A DNA stretch of 60,552 nt, counting the filler, from Hausera hauseri (Eukaryota): assembly GCA_046269625.1 (NCBI GenBank). It is 11 parts of 11 records of this genome, joined end to end, with 100 filler letters (N's around TTAATTAATTAA, not from the genome) between each part and the next. Parts side by side here need not be neighbours in the genome. Positions count along the whole stretch, not along the records: positions 13,444 to 18,933 come from JBJURY010243627.1; positions 19,034 to 27,674 come from JBJURY010574338.1; 9 more parts are not named here. One strand, 5' to 3'. The translations under genes and the position numbers were made by a program. The notes under the pieces were generated by a model. That model had not been told where the DNA came from, ran no database searches, and was given only the letters and a program-made list of their open reading frames with translations. Of this stretch, positions 13,444 to 26,241 are shown piece after piece; position 1 is the stretch's first letter; the number at the start of each line of letters is the position of its first letter.

Positions 13444-16164
13444 AGTTAGCAATTACATTCCTTATTTAAGCGAGCTGAAATATTCTTTGAAAAATATGCC
13501 TATGAAAATATGCAACATAGGCAAATTTAAGAAACAGAATCCACAGTTGTCAATTAATGTCTTTTTGTTTCATAAGGAGGATTATGTGAATTTTGATGAG
13601 GATATAGTAAAAAATCCATTCGTTGATATTTTGTATAGAAGCAAAAATACGAATGGTACTGTAGTGAATTTGCTGATTTTGGAAAATGATGATCACTTTC
13701 ATTATATTACTGTACCCAATCTAAATCGGCTGTTGAACACACGGTCTAAAAGCATAAGGATTCAATGTAAACATTGTAAACATTGTAAACAAAATGCATG
13801 ACTTTGTATAAAATGCCCGAAAATAAGTTTTGCGAATTTAAGGACTGGGCCAAATATATAAGTACACCTTTCGTCGTATATTCCGACTTCGAATTTGTTC
13901 TGTGTCCCGATGATAAAGTTAAGCATATTTATTTGCCTGCTGCAGCCGGTCTTCTCTTAGTTTCACCAACAAGTATTGAGTATAGGCAATTTGTAGGTGA
14001 AAATTCCATCGTTGAGTTTCTGGCCTGCTTGGCGGAAATTTTTAAGAAACTTGTTTTCCCATGGTATGAAAATGCCAAAAAATCCATAATCCCGTTAACA
14101 CCTGCTGAATGGGATAGGTTTGGAAATGCCACTGATTGTTACCTTTACCATGAAAACGGTTCACAAATTGTTGGGGATTACTGTAATGTTACAGGTAAAT
14201 TCCTAGGCCCTGCTTGCAACAAATGTAACTTGGCTCGCCAAATCAGGTAAATTTTACCGATTATTATCTTCATCATATCTTAAAACATGCATTAAGTAAG
14301 TTCAGTACTTGGAAATTGAGTGTTATTCCACAAACAACGGAGAAAATTTGAACCATGCAGGCAAATATACATTGTTCATACAGAGTCTGTATCTATTCGA
14401 TTTCTCGACTCGTTACAGTTTCTACCTGCTTCACTTAAGACTTTGACTTCCAACTTAGATAGCTATCCTCTTACTTAGTCGGCTTTTCCTTCTGACATTA
14501 TTAAGAGAAAAGGTATTTTTCCATATACTGAAGCCAAATCTTTCAGTGACTTGCAGTCTATTAAGCTCTTACCATCGAAATGGGATGGAGTTAGTGAGAG
14601 CGATTATCAGGAAACGCAAACGGCTTGGTTAAAATACAATTGTACCTGTCTTTTAGACTACATGTTGGTATACATGAAGCTCGACGTATACTTGTTAGGT
14701 GATGTTTTTAAACGGTTTAGAAAAGATGTTAAGTGGCAGGATGGTTTAGAGGCTTTTAAATTCGTTTCAATTCCTGGTTTAAGTTGGGCAACAGCGCTGA
14801 AAACTAGTCATTGTCAGATTGAGCTCATTCAAGATCCTGAAATGTACAGTTTCTTTCAATTAGATAATCGCGGTGGAATGACTTTTTGTAAATAAGCATA
14901 GGGTTACCACTGATGAAAGCATCAGTCTCTTGCATATAGATATAAATAATTTGTACGGCTGGGCTTCATCTCACCCTTTGCCATTTGCAAATTTGATTTG
15001 AATTTATGAAGATAAATTGAGTAGCCTTATTGAGCAATTGACCTTTATTGACACTGTTAAGGAAAACGAGGTTTAGTATTTGAGGTGGATTTAAGCATTC
15101 CGGCTGACAAACATGATAAGTTGGACCAATTTCCTTTAGCTCCAATCAATCAGTGCCCTCCTGGTTCCAAAGTGAAGAAATTGTTGCTGACACATGAGCG
15201 TAAGTCCAAGTATGTTATTCACTATCGGCTATTACAGTTGTACATCGAGTTAGGCGCTGTAGTTGAAAAGGTACATCGGGCCGTTGAGTTTGACCAGGGC
15301 TATGTCTTTAAGGATTATATCGATCTAAATACTGCAAAGTGGGCTGCAGCAAATAATCCTTTTGAAAAGAACTTTTTTAAGCTTAAAAACAATAGCTTAT
15401 ACGGCAAAACCGTTGAAAATCTGCCGAATAGGTCAAAGCTGAGACTGTGAATTAATGTTAAAAAGGTTGATACATATGCTAGTAAGGCATAGTTTAAAGA
15501 CAGCATTATAACAGCCGATGATCTGGTTGCCGTTCTCCTCGATAAAGATATGGTCACCTTAAATAGGCCTTCATACATCGGTCAGGCCGTACTTGATCTA
15601 TCCAAGTTAAGGATGTATGAACTGCATTATATCGACTTGGAGACATATGGGCACCAGTTAAATTACGAGTTAAGTATTGTTGCTGGTGATTCAGATAGTT
15701 TTTTCATCGAAAGCCGTAGTGTTGATTTAAAATCGCAACTGTTACCGGCAATGACAGCAAATGAGAAGTTAGATACGTCAAACTATTATCAGGCTGATCC
15801 GCTGTACTCGACTCGTTTCACAGCTGTAATTGGTAAATTAAAAGACGAGAACATTGGCTGCGTTCAGTATCAAGAGGCGATTTTGCTACGGCCAAAATCC
15901 TATGCCCTCAAAATCCAAACCAAACCAGTCCTCAAATACAAAGGTATTAATTTTAAGCAGACAGACTTGCAGTTCAGTAACTACCTACAGGCTTATGAAA
16001 CCGGTTGCAGCACCATGGTGAACCGGGAGCGAATTGCGACTATAAACCACTAGCTGATGACAAATAGTTCAAAAAAGAAAGCATTGGACCCGTTGTACGA
16101 CAAACGCCAGTGGATTGAAAAAAACCGGAGTGTTGCATATGGACATTACTGTATAAATGTGTGA
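13444..16164 (+). pseudogene. Polinton/Maverick protein-primed DNA polymerase B (family A, copy 1), degenerate
   Basis: YSDFE (ExoI), EndoVII-like DYCNVTGKFLGPACNKCNL, KGIFPY, IDINNLYGWA (motif A), KLKNNSLYGKTVEN (motif B), AGDSDS (motif C), LRPKSYA, DKRQW..AYGHY. Confidence 0.92.
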
Positions 16165-16249
16165 AAATTTTATTCGTACATATTTTTTTGTATGTTATAT
16201 CAATAAAAGTTTTAAATATCTCTTACATTTTATTACTTTGGCTTTGTTC

Positions 16250-16598
16250 TAGTGGGTGGGAATAGGGAAACCACGATCAGGCCAGAATGCTTTGTTGTAG
16301 GGGGTGGGAATAGTGAAACCCAATTCGAGCCAGAAATCCCTTTGTTCACAACCAAAATTTAAACAAATTTTTTTACGCGCCAAATTCAATTTTTATACCA
16401 TCAGAATCCATACAGTACGCCTGCTTGTGTATATTGCTTTCATGACTGTGTGTATTACTTTCATGACTGTGTGCCGCCAATCTCCGCGCTATTCACCGTG
16501 TATGTTTGTATCATTTTTTCTACCCCATGACTCATCACGAACCACTTCTTTCCTTCTTTCCCTGGGGGTTTGGCTTGGTGTACTCACATCTACCTACT
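16250..16598 (+). repeat. Polinton family A terminal inverted repeat, ending ...CTACCTACT
   Basis: Homologous to 23450-23792 and, inverted, to 25868-26100. The terminus reads AGTAGGTAG on the minus strand. Confidence 0.7.
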
Positions 16599-18790
16599 CA
16601 TATCATGTCTACCAGCTTCCAGATTCCGACCGAAGCACCACTGCATCTTCGTATTTCACGCCGCCAATAATTCGATAATTAAGTGCCAAGGGAACCTTCA
16701 ACCATGAAGTCAACCCCAAGAAGACTGTTCGACAAGAAGTTAGAGAGAGCCAAAGGATGGTTCGAAAAAATGATAAAGGTAAACAGATGTAGACCGTCAC
16801 AATCATCAATAGCATCCCACTAGTGGTAATAACAAGGGTGAGAAAAACAGAACGTGCGGGTCTATAGAGCGCTGAACCAGGAAACGATTCCGAAAAATAG
16901 CAAATTCTCAGGATTGAAGACATCCTCCAAATCACGGGAAAAAAGAAAAAGTTTTTCCACAATCGACCTGGAGAAGGCGTACCTTCAGATACCGATGGAA
17001 GAAGGAAACATACCAAAAACGACCATCACCGCACAGTTTGGTATGTTCGAGTTCCTATTCATGCCTTTGGATTACGAAGTACTCCTGCTACGTTCCAAAG
17101 AGCAATAGATAACGTCCTTCGCCCCTATCCATTCGCGGCAGCGTACCTCGACGATATTATCATAATGTCAGACACGGAAGCAAAACACACTCATCATATC
17201 GACCACATAAAAACGACACTAACAAAAGCGAACCTAGCAATCAACAAAGACAAATGCCAGTTTTCCAAAAAAAGTCAAATTCTTGGGCTACTAGATCAAC
17301 GACAAGGGTATCAAACCCATATCATCCAAAGTTACAACAATAACAAATTATAAAGAACCCGATACACCCAAACAACTTAAACCATTCTGTGGCATGATAA
17401 ATTTCTACAATCGATTCATTCCACAGGAGGCCACAATAATGAATCCACTTTACGAACTATCGAAGAAAATAACAATGAAACTGATATCGTTATCCGAAGC
17501 GAGCGAAGCTCTTAAAAATACCAAACAAACACTAAATAGAGCCTCGGATCTGACGATCCTCGACGACAGAGCACCGACAATACAACGAACGGATGCATAC
17601 GTCACAGCTATCGGGGCGGTAATCGAGAAAAATTTGATACCGATATCAATCTTCGGCAGACAACTATCATCGTGCGAAAGAAAATATAGCACTTATGACC
17701 GAAAGTTGTTAGTTATTTAAAAAGTTTGTAAACACTTTAGATATTTTCCAGAGGCGACTACAACCACAATATATACGGATCACAGACCGCTGACCCACAA
17801 ACACCCAAAGGAACCGCCGAACCGCCAGTGGAATGACTTGCAATATATCTCCGAATTCAACTGTAAAATAGAATACTGTGCGGGAGCCGTTAATGCTATG
17901 GAGGATTTACTCTCAAGAACATACGTCCAACAAATCGATACATGACAGAAATATACATTTCCGTGGCCATTCGAAGATATTCGAAACCGTCTACGACTGA
18001 AATTACAGAATCCGCTAATGGAATTGCTTACAAAAAACGGGAGAGTAATACTACCACCGTCGCTACGAAAAGAAGCATTAAATCTTCACCACAATCAAGG
18101 CCACCCAGGGATTTGACGGACAAAGAAACTAATTCAAATGTCATATACCTGGCACCAAATGCCAAGAGTGCCAACATTGTGAAAGAGCCAAAATATACAA
18201 GCACGTCAAATCTCAAATCATCCCGCTACCACTAGAAAGTCGTTTTGATGCCATTCACATCAGCATCGTCGGGCCACTTCCACCAGTGAACGGTAAGGCG
18301 TACATTCTGACCATAATCGATAGACAAACGTCATAACTTGAAATGATACTCATCAGATGCATTACAGCGGAAACAGTAGCAAAATACTTACTGGACGACT
18401 GGATTGTACGTTTCGGCGTATAGGCCGAAATTGTGACGGATAGAGGCACGCAATTCACTAGCGCTTTGTTCCAAGAACTGTGCAAACACCTGGGGATTAA
18501 GGCTATGCAGACCACTACGTACCACCCCGAAGCCAATGGAAAAGTGGAAAGGCTCCACCGCAAAATGAAAGCGGCCATAATGGCAGCAACACAAGATCCT
18601 TAACTAAACTGGATTAAACGTTTGCTTACGGTAGCTCTATACTTGCACAACTGTGCAAATGCGACCGGGCTATCACCAGCCCAGAAAGGGTACGGTGCCA
18701 ACTTAGCGATCCCAGGAGCAGTATTCCACCAACCAGAAGAGACAGCACCGGACTTAATAAGAAGCATAGTGGAAAGTCGAAAAGACATTG
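16599..18790 (+). mobile_element. Gypsy/Ty3 pol remnant (partial protease, RT, RNase H, integrase)
   Basis: ISCLP..HAANNS (protease), [67 protein letters not shown]. Confidence 0.9.
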
Positions 18791-18933
18791 CCTAGGCTTA
18801 TGCGGATATTATGCCACCTATGTACTGTATAATTCAAGGATGACTGCACCATTGTATCGTTTACTTAAAAAGGGATTTAAACGGAAATGAACAGATATGG
18901 TACAAAAATCTTTCGACAAAATCTTAAATAATA

Positions 18934-19033
18934 NNNNNNNNNNNNNNNNNNNNNNNNNNNNNNNNNNNNNNNNNNNNTTAATTAATTAANNNNNNNNNNN
19001 NNNNNNNNNNNNNNNNNNNNNNNNNNNNNNNNN
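18934..19033. other. Artificial contig linker
   Basis: N44-TTAATTAATTAA-N44. Confidence 0.98.
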
Positions 19034-19127
19034 CAAAAAAAACAAATAAAAAACAAGATAAGTCAAAAACAAGTCAAAAATTTTGGCTGGTTTTTATTCT
19101 CAATTTTTATCGGGATTTTGTACATTA

Positions 19128-20234
19128 TCAATTAAATGTACAATTGGTAAATGAGCAATTTCGTAATACTTTACCATTTTCTGTCTTCTTCTTTTGTACT
19201 TCTGTAATTGTTTGCACAGCAACATCCATCATCAGACTGGTTACTGTATTCATCTAAACATCAACCATCAGATTGGCCTCTGTCATTGTTTGGACGTCAA
19301 CCAACAACTTGTCATGAACTGTTTGAACACTGTGACCACTGCCTGTGGAGAATGAAACGTTGATAACAATTTTTTCATTTTTCATTTCCGTCCTCATTTT
19401 AGCATTTTCTGACCTCAAATTCACGTTTGTCAAAACCTATACATGCATTATTCTCCGAAATCCTTCCAGCTGCATCTTTAGTTCTTCGATTTCCTTTTGT
19501 GCTGCAACCAATTGACCAGCTGTTGTTATTGTTTGATTTTCACCTATCGGCTTCTTCTTGCATTGTATCTTAAATCGTCGATTTAGATTTACATGGAACT
19601 TGGGATCTTTTACATCATCCAACTGGGAAGATTCTATGTTTTCGTTAGGATTAATTTTCTTCAATCTCTTGTACCTGCAACGTTGATACTCTTTCTGCCA
19701 CTTGTACTGTAAATTTTGTTTAATTAAAATACACTCCGGCGTATTATTAGCATATTTTGTTGCTTCCATCAATTGCGTTTTTCTGTGTTTCGTCATGCGC
19801 ACTTTTTTGCTTGTTGGTTCAATTCTTTTCTTCCTTTTCATTTCTGACTCAGAATCGGAATTTGTTTCGCTCAAAGCGATATTATTGCATAACTGGCTGA
19901 TGAACACTGGTGCTATACTCTGATGGACACTTGCTTCATCCATGTCAACATTGTCTGAAATGTAAAGTAACATTGTAAAGCTAACAAATTTAATACCGAT
20001 TAACTGGACAATATCCACCATATCCTGTATGAGGTGTTCTTTTGCTCCATTTTCTGTTTGTTGGTACACTGGATTTTCATCTTCTACATTTTCTTCTATT
20101 GGAATGTATTCTAGTAGTGGTGGTGTTGCAGCTTGTGCCATTTCGTGAACAGCGACAATTAATTGCTGCATTAATTTTAATACAATTTTGGGTTTTTTCT
20201 TTATTTCGTCATAACACATAACCAGAAAATCCAT
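19128..20234 (-). pseudogene. Unknown gene of about 368 codons divergent from PolB, probable Polinton accessory gene; two in-frame TAG stops
   Basis: The 265-aa ORF continues in frame past TAG into a coiled coil, VQT repeats and NCSFTNCTFN*. Basic NLS-like KRKKR. Confidence 0.45.
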
Positions 20235-20557
20235 AAATGCCTTTGATGAAGTTATTGTCGATTCTTGTTTATAAATGAAAAAATAATGAAAGACACTTCA
20301 TTATATGCTAAATTTAATAAACCGCAACGTAGAATATATATTCTACGTTGAGGTATATTAAATATGACATTAACAAATGACATATTTTGCGTTGCGGTAT
20401 ATGAAATAAGTTGCTCAATAAAATTTTACATTATGACAACACTTTTTCTATGTATATAGTTTTGCGTGTGTGTGTAATCAAATATACAAAGTTACTCCAC
20501 TGCATAATTTTTGTGTAAATTAGTATAAACAAAGCGAATATTTATAAATTATGTCAG

Positions 20558-23131
20558 ATGTTTTTCTTCATATTTTCGTTGTTCCAATTGGCACAAGTGA
20601 CAAACAGTACGGATTTTGCAAACAGTACCGATTTTGAAAATATTACTGAAAATGCGAACAAAACCCATTTTGCAAATAATACATTGAACAATGCTCTATC
20701 AAACGAACAGATTTTATCAAATGAGAAATTTCTATGCAATGCAATATACATAGAAGAATTCAGATTTGTGTTTTAACGTTACGCCCGACCAACTTGTTTC
20801 CACTCGACCACCTGAGGAAAATTTGACTACTTTGGACTTGCATGCTTCGAGATTTTCTTCCTGTAAGGTTCAGTGCGGTCTTGAAATTCTTTTTGTGAAT
20901 TCTGAAGGTGACTTTAAGGAAGCTTCTATTTCTCATCGAGCCGTGCCTTATCAGCTCCTATCCCAATCTGTGGCTGATAATTTGAAAGAACAAATTGTAA
21001 ATTTTGCTGAAATGGGTAGTGGATGGAAGATAGTTAAGATTTTGAAATACTGCTTCCATATAGTGAAAGCAAGACCACTACCTTATTTGTCTGATAAGTC
21101 CTATATTCCAACACCTGAAGCCTTACAAAATGCAACGGCTATTGTTAATGTACAGAATGAGGACAATGTGTGCTTTCTGTACTCCATACTTTCCGTGACC
21201 AAATGATTTTCTATTGATATTAATAGGTGTCCTGCTTGTAAAAATGTAACTTTGCTAGAAAGATTAGGTATAATTTACCAGTAAGCTTTCACATCTTGCG
21301 TGGATATGACCTTCATCGTATCTTAAAACACGCATTAAGTAAATTCAGCAGTTGGGAATTAAATGTTATTCTACAAACTACTGAAAAATTCCTAACAATG
21401 AGTACAATGATCAGATGTTCGGATAAAAAGTCAGTCACCGTTAAATTTTTGGACATTGAAGTTTTACCGGCTTCGTTCGAAACATTAGCCTCAAACTTAG
21501 ACAGCTACTCATTGATAGAAACGGCTTTTCCTTCCTAAGTTTTTAAAGGAAAAGGTATATTTCCTTATGCTGCTGCAAAATCATTCAGCGACTTGCAGTC
21601 CATTTCTGCATTACCGTCGAAATGGGACGATGGTATTAGCGATAGCGATTATCAGAAAGCACAACTCGTTTAGTCAAAATATAGTTGCAACCCGATTTTG
21701 GACTACATGTTAGTATATATGAAACTTTAGTGCCTTCTTGTTAGGTGATGTTTTCGAACGGTTTAGAAAGGAAGTTAAGTTGCAGGATAGTTTAGAAGCC
21801 GTTGATTTTGTCTTTATTCCTGGTTTGTCTTGAGAAACATCACTGAAAACTAGTCCATGTCGAATAGAACTTATTCAGGAGATGTAAAATTTCTTTCAAT
21901 CTAGTATTCATGGTGGCACGGCTTTTGTAAATAAGCATAGGATTGTCTCCCATGAAAGCATCAATCTCTCGTATATATATGTGAATAATTTGTACGGCTG
22001 GGCTTTATCTCAACCTCTGCCATTTGCGATTTTGGTAAGGATATATGAGTATAAATTAAATAGTTTAATTGAACAGTTGCCATTTATTGACTGTGTTAGG
22101 GAAAAACGAGATTTAGTGTTTGAGGTGGATTTAAGCATTCCTGCTGACAAATATGATAAGTTGGCCAATTGCCTTTAGCTCCAATCAATCCGTGCCCCTC
22201 TGGTTCTAAAGTAAAGAAATTGTTGCTGACACATGAGCGTAAGTCCAATTATATTATTCACTACCGGCTCTTACAAGTGTACATTGAGTTAGGCGCAGTA
22301 GTTGAAAAGCTACATCGGGCTGTTGAGTTTGATCAAAGTTATGTATTTAAGGATTATATCGATCTAAACACGTCTAAGAGGGCTTCAGCAAATAATTCTT
22401 TTGAAAAAGACTTTTGTAAGATTAAGAAAAACAGTTTATACCGCAAAACAGTTGAAAATTTGCCAAATAGGTCAAACCTGAGACTGTGTAGTAATGCTAA
22501 AAAGCTTATTATTTATGCTAGCAAGGAACACTTTAGAGAAAGTATTAGTATAGCCGATGATCTGGTTGCCGTTCGTCTTGATAAAGACATGGTTACATTA
22601 GATAGGCCTCATACATCGGTCAGGCCGTACTCGATTTTTTCAAGTTACATATATGAGTTGAATTATATCGAGTTAGAGACTTATAGGCGCCAGTTTAAAT
22701 GTGAACTTAATATTATTGCCAGTGATGTGGACAGTTTTTTATCGAATGTTATGGTGTTAACTTGCGAACACAGCTCTTGCCTGCAATGATAGCTAATAAA
22801 CAGCTGGACACTTGGAAATATGATAAAATTGATCCGCTGTACTCAACTATTTTCGCTTTTGTCATAGGGAAATTTAAGGTGAGTAAGGACTGTGTCGAGT
22901 ATCAAGAGAGGATTTTTCTAAGGCCGAAGTCATATGTACTGAAAGCCCAAAGCAAACCAGTGCTCAAATGCAAAGGTATAAACCTCAAACAGACATATCT
23001 ACAGTTCAGCAACTACCTACAAGCATACGAAACCGGTTGTAACACCATGGTGGATCAGGAGCGAATTGGAACCAAAAACCACCAGTTAGTGACAATCCAT
23101 TTTGCAAAAAAGCGTTTCGTATGTCTTTTTA
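20558..23131 (+). pseudogene. Polinton pPolB (family A, copy 2), internally deleted and degenerate
   Basis: GSGW..SYIPTP..NVQNEDNVCFLYSIL N-terminal region joined directly to the end of EndoVII (PACKxCN). RGYDLH, KGIFPY, NNLYGWALSQPLP, KKNSLYRKTVEN, ASDVDS, LRPKSY. Confidence 0.9.
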
Positions 23132-23398
23132 TTAACAGTAAATATGTACACTTTCAGTTATAGCGCTTTTACACTCCGGACATAGCGTTAGGTTAGAACA
23201 TTTGTTACATACAACCAGATGTCCACACATTAGGAATACCCTATCTACACTATTCTCTTTACATAGCAAACATATGAACTTGAACTTAATTCTTTTCTTT
23301 TGTAAGTTATTCAATTGTACACACAACTTTTCAACTGTATTAAAATATTCTACAACAGAAAAATCCTTGAATAATGCCAAGATATCTGATTGGGACAT
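23132..23398 (-). CDS. Small IAP/MDM2-type RING-HC protein (putative E3 ligase), Polinton cargo
   Basis: CLLC..VFLMCGHLVVCNKC..CPECKSAI..IYC preceded by a short coiled coil. ATG at 23398. Lies between PolB and the TIR. Confidence 0.8.
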   Translation of the reverse strand: MSQSDILALFKDFSVVEYFNTVEKLCVQLNNLQKKRIKFKFICLLCKENSVDRVFLMCGHLVVCNKCSNLTLCPECKSAITESVHIYC

Positions 23399-23449
23399 TT
23401 TCAAAAGTGACACTTACACAACGGTATGTATAGAAATTTAAACAAAGTG

Positions 23450-23792
23450 CGGTGGGAATAGTAAAACCACGATTAAATCAGAAAATGCTTTGTTCACTGA
23501 CAAAATTAAAAACCGACCAATCACATTGCGCCAAATTTAAAATAAAAATTTTACAAAACATGAAATTTAAACAAAAAAAATTTTGCCGCGAACTTCAATT
23601 TTTTTAAACCACTCCAAATCCATACAGTACGCGTGCTTTAGTGTATCACTTTCAAAACTGTGTGTCTCCTATCTACGCCCTATTAACCGTGTATATGTGC
23701 ATCATTTTTTCTATACCATGACTCATCTATGAACCACTTCTTTTCTCCTTCCCTGGGCAGGGTCTGATCTGGTGCATTCCCTTTCTACTACT
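23450..23792 (+). repeat. Polinton family A terminal inverted repeat, ending ...CTACTACT
   Basis: Terminal AGTAGTAG on the minus strand, the typical Polinton end. Homologous to 16250-16598. Confidence 0.75.
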
Positions 23793-25818
23793 ATCTGGAT
23801 CCAATGCATGGCTCTTCATGGTAACATCTCTGAATATCTTAAAGACGTCAGTTAGCAGCAGAACATCCGTTTTGAGGTAAATGTCGCTGTATTCTCCTAA
23901 TGTTTGGCATTTGAATGCATGTCAGATGTTCTGGGCATGTTGGTAGTCCATATCACTTGTATCGCTATCTGTGAGGATATTGTAAAAGTACTTCTGGACC
24001 GGCAATGAGGTCTCATCCAGTGATTCTTATGATGTTATATAGTCATAGGGAAACACGCCGTTCTTCTTGACTATGTCAAATATAGTGGGAAAAACCGCTT
24101 CGTCTCCTTGAGTTCTTCTGCGAGGAGGTTCTTCACTAAACTGTCAAGTGAAGACGACGTGAAACGGAAACTGTATATGAGGCGAAATCTGCTTTTCCCA
24201 ACATGCTTCGTAAATGTGACATACTTTTCCTCACTATTGGGAATGACATCAATGTTTCCTTCAATGTTCCCCAGTTCCCGAACAATAAAGTGGAATCAGA
24301 GCCACTGAGATTATGTAACATTATAGGCACATATGTACATGTTCTGCAGCGCAGATTGCAGTTGTTGCCTGCCGCGCCTCGAAATGTTCCTGTAAAATGG
24401 CAGTGATCCCTGACTTTATGATTCTGCGCTGCGAAGGACTTGTCACACAAGTAACATGCTATTGCCTTAGACCATTCTTCATTTTGTTGCTTCGACATGC
24501 TTATGTTATTCTTATGCTTCTACAACATATGTCCAATCCTATCAGCCATGTCTTCAAGTCGTTTCATGAAATGAGCTGCTGCGCCTGGACCCCTGAATAG
24601 ATATGGTTCACTGTCCAGTCCTTTATCATGCGTGCAGTATGAACAGATTTCATGTAATTGGTATGCCGTTGTGCTGCTGTGTTGGGGATTGGGCTACAGA
24701 ATAGCCTCAAAATCGCAATAGATGACTATTTGGACCTTGATCTTCTTCTCGAACTCCTTGATTTCGATGTAGTCCTCCTTGGAAAATTCTGGCCTGATAT
24801 AATAATTGTTGTTTCAGTACATTCTGTGCTCTACGAGCTTCAATACTGCTACATCGCCGCTGAAATGGGACAAGCATCGTTTGCACATTTCTATTTGTCC
24901 ATGATGTTTTGTAATTTGGGATCTGACTAGAAGCTCAAAGTCTTTGATCCAAACATAATGCTTCTTTTCTCCATCTTCTATTAGGAGCAGATCCCTATGA
25001 TCTTTCAATTCAGTATCGCATATCTGCAGGGGATAGAATTTGTCCTCCTCATTCAATCCAAAGATATTGATGGACGCGTTATTGACTTAATTTATTGGAC
25101 GTCATAGTTGCGCTGGATGTTCTGATATAGGGAAACACGGTAAGCATTCTTTTGATCCATTATGTGTTTTGATATAATGGCATAAATAAAACACATGTTG
25201 TCGCTATTATGAACATTGATGCATGCTTTTTTATTAATGATTTATTCAGGGAGCAAAACTGCCCTGAGTGGGGAAGTACTTATGCACATACACAATCAAT
25301 CTCTTGATGGTTGCCAGAGTCCATCCGCTCTTCTTATCCTGGTTATACCCCGCTTCACGTATCAGCTTCTCGTGCGCCTTTTGCAGCCATTCTACTATAG
25401 TGGTATTTTCCAATATGGTTCTATTTTTTGTCGTGAAGGCCCTATTGGATTCTTCGGCATCAACATTGATGTATGTGGCCTCCCGTTTCATATTCACTTT
25501 AAGGTTTTTGAGCTCAGCCATGTTATCCTGAAGAGTTTCCTTTGTCTCTTCCTTTGTGTATAAGAAGATATCTTGGAGGGTTATTTGGCCAGTTGCATCA
25601 ATAACATATCTGCAGACTTTTCTCTTTAATGCTGCCGCATCAACTGGCCGCTGTCTTTGGCTTTTTGATGGAGCATCAGTTGCTGCTGCTGTGCGTTTTA
25701 GTTCTGCATCGGGCTGTGCTGCCACAGCAGGCTGTACATCTGGCTGTGCTGCCGAAGCAGCCTTATGCTGCTGCTCATTAAATATGACGTTCTTTGACTT
25801 TGACTTGAAGTCTGCCAA
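23793..25818 (-). pseudogene. Polinton pPolB (family B) 5' part, cut by a family A terminus
   Basis: [84 protein letters not shown], then an abrupt end. Confidence 0.9.
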
Positions 25819-25867
25819 ATGGGTAATATAATCTTCTTAAAACTGCATGTATTCTCCATCACATACA

Positions 25868-26100
25868 AATAGATGGAAGTGAGGACATGAGGCCAATTTC
25901 CTCCCCCGCGAAGAAAATTGATGTGCTTCGCGGGTGAGTCATGGGGTAGAAAAAATTATACACACATACACGGTTAATACGGTGGAGATAGGAGACACAC
26001 AGTTGTGAATGTGATACACACAAACACGCGTACTGCATGCATTGTAGGTGGACTTAAAAATTTGAATTTCGCGCCAATAATTTTTTTGTTTTAAGTTTGG
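25868..26100 (-). repeat. Polinton family A TIR/subterminal repeat (copy 3, inverted)
   Basis: GAGTCATGGGGTAGAAAAAA..CACGGTTAATA..ACGCGTACTG is the reverse complement of the shared block in 16400-16540 and 23620-23725. The exact end is degenerate. Confidence 0.6.
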
Positions 26101-26241
26101 TATACTTGTTTTAATTTTACAAAGTTTATATAATTATTATTGCGTCAAATGGAAGTAAAGATAATTAGAATAATCATTTAAGCGAATGGTATTTTTTGTA
26201 AATCTACTCACCTAAATTAATTCGGTATGTAGTATTGAAAA

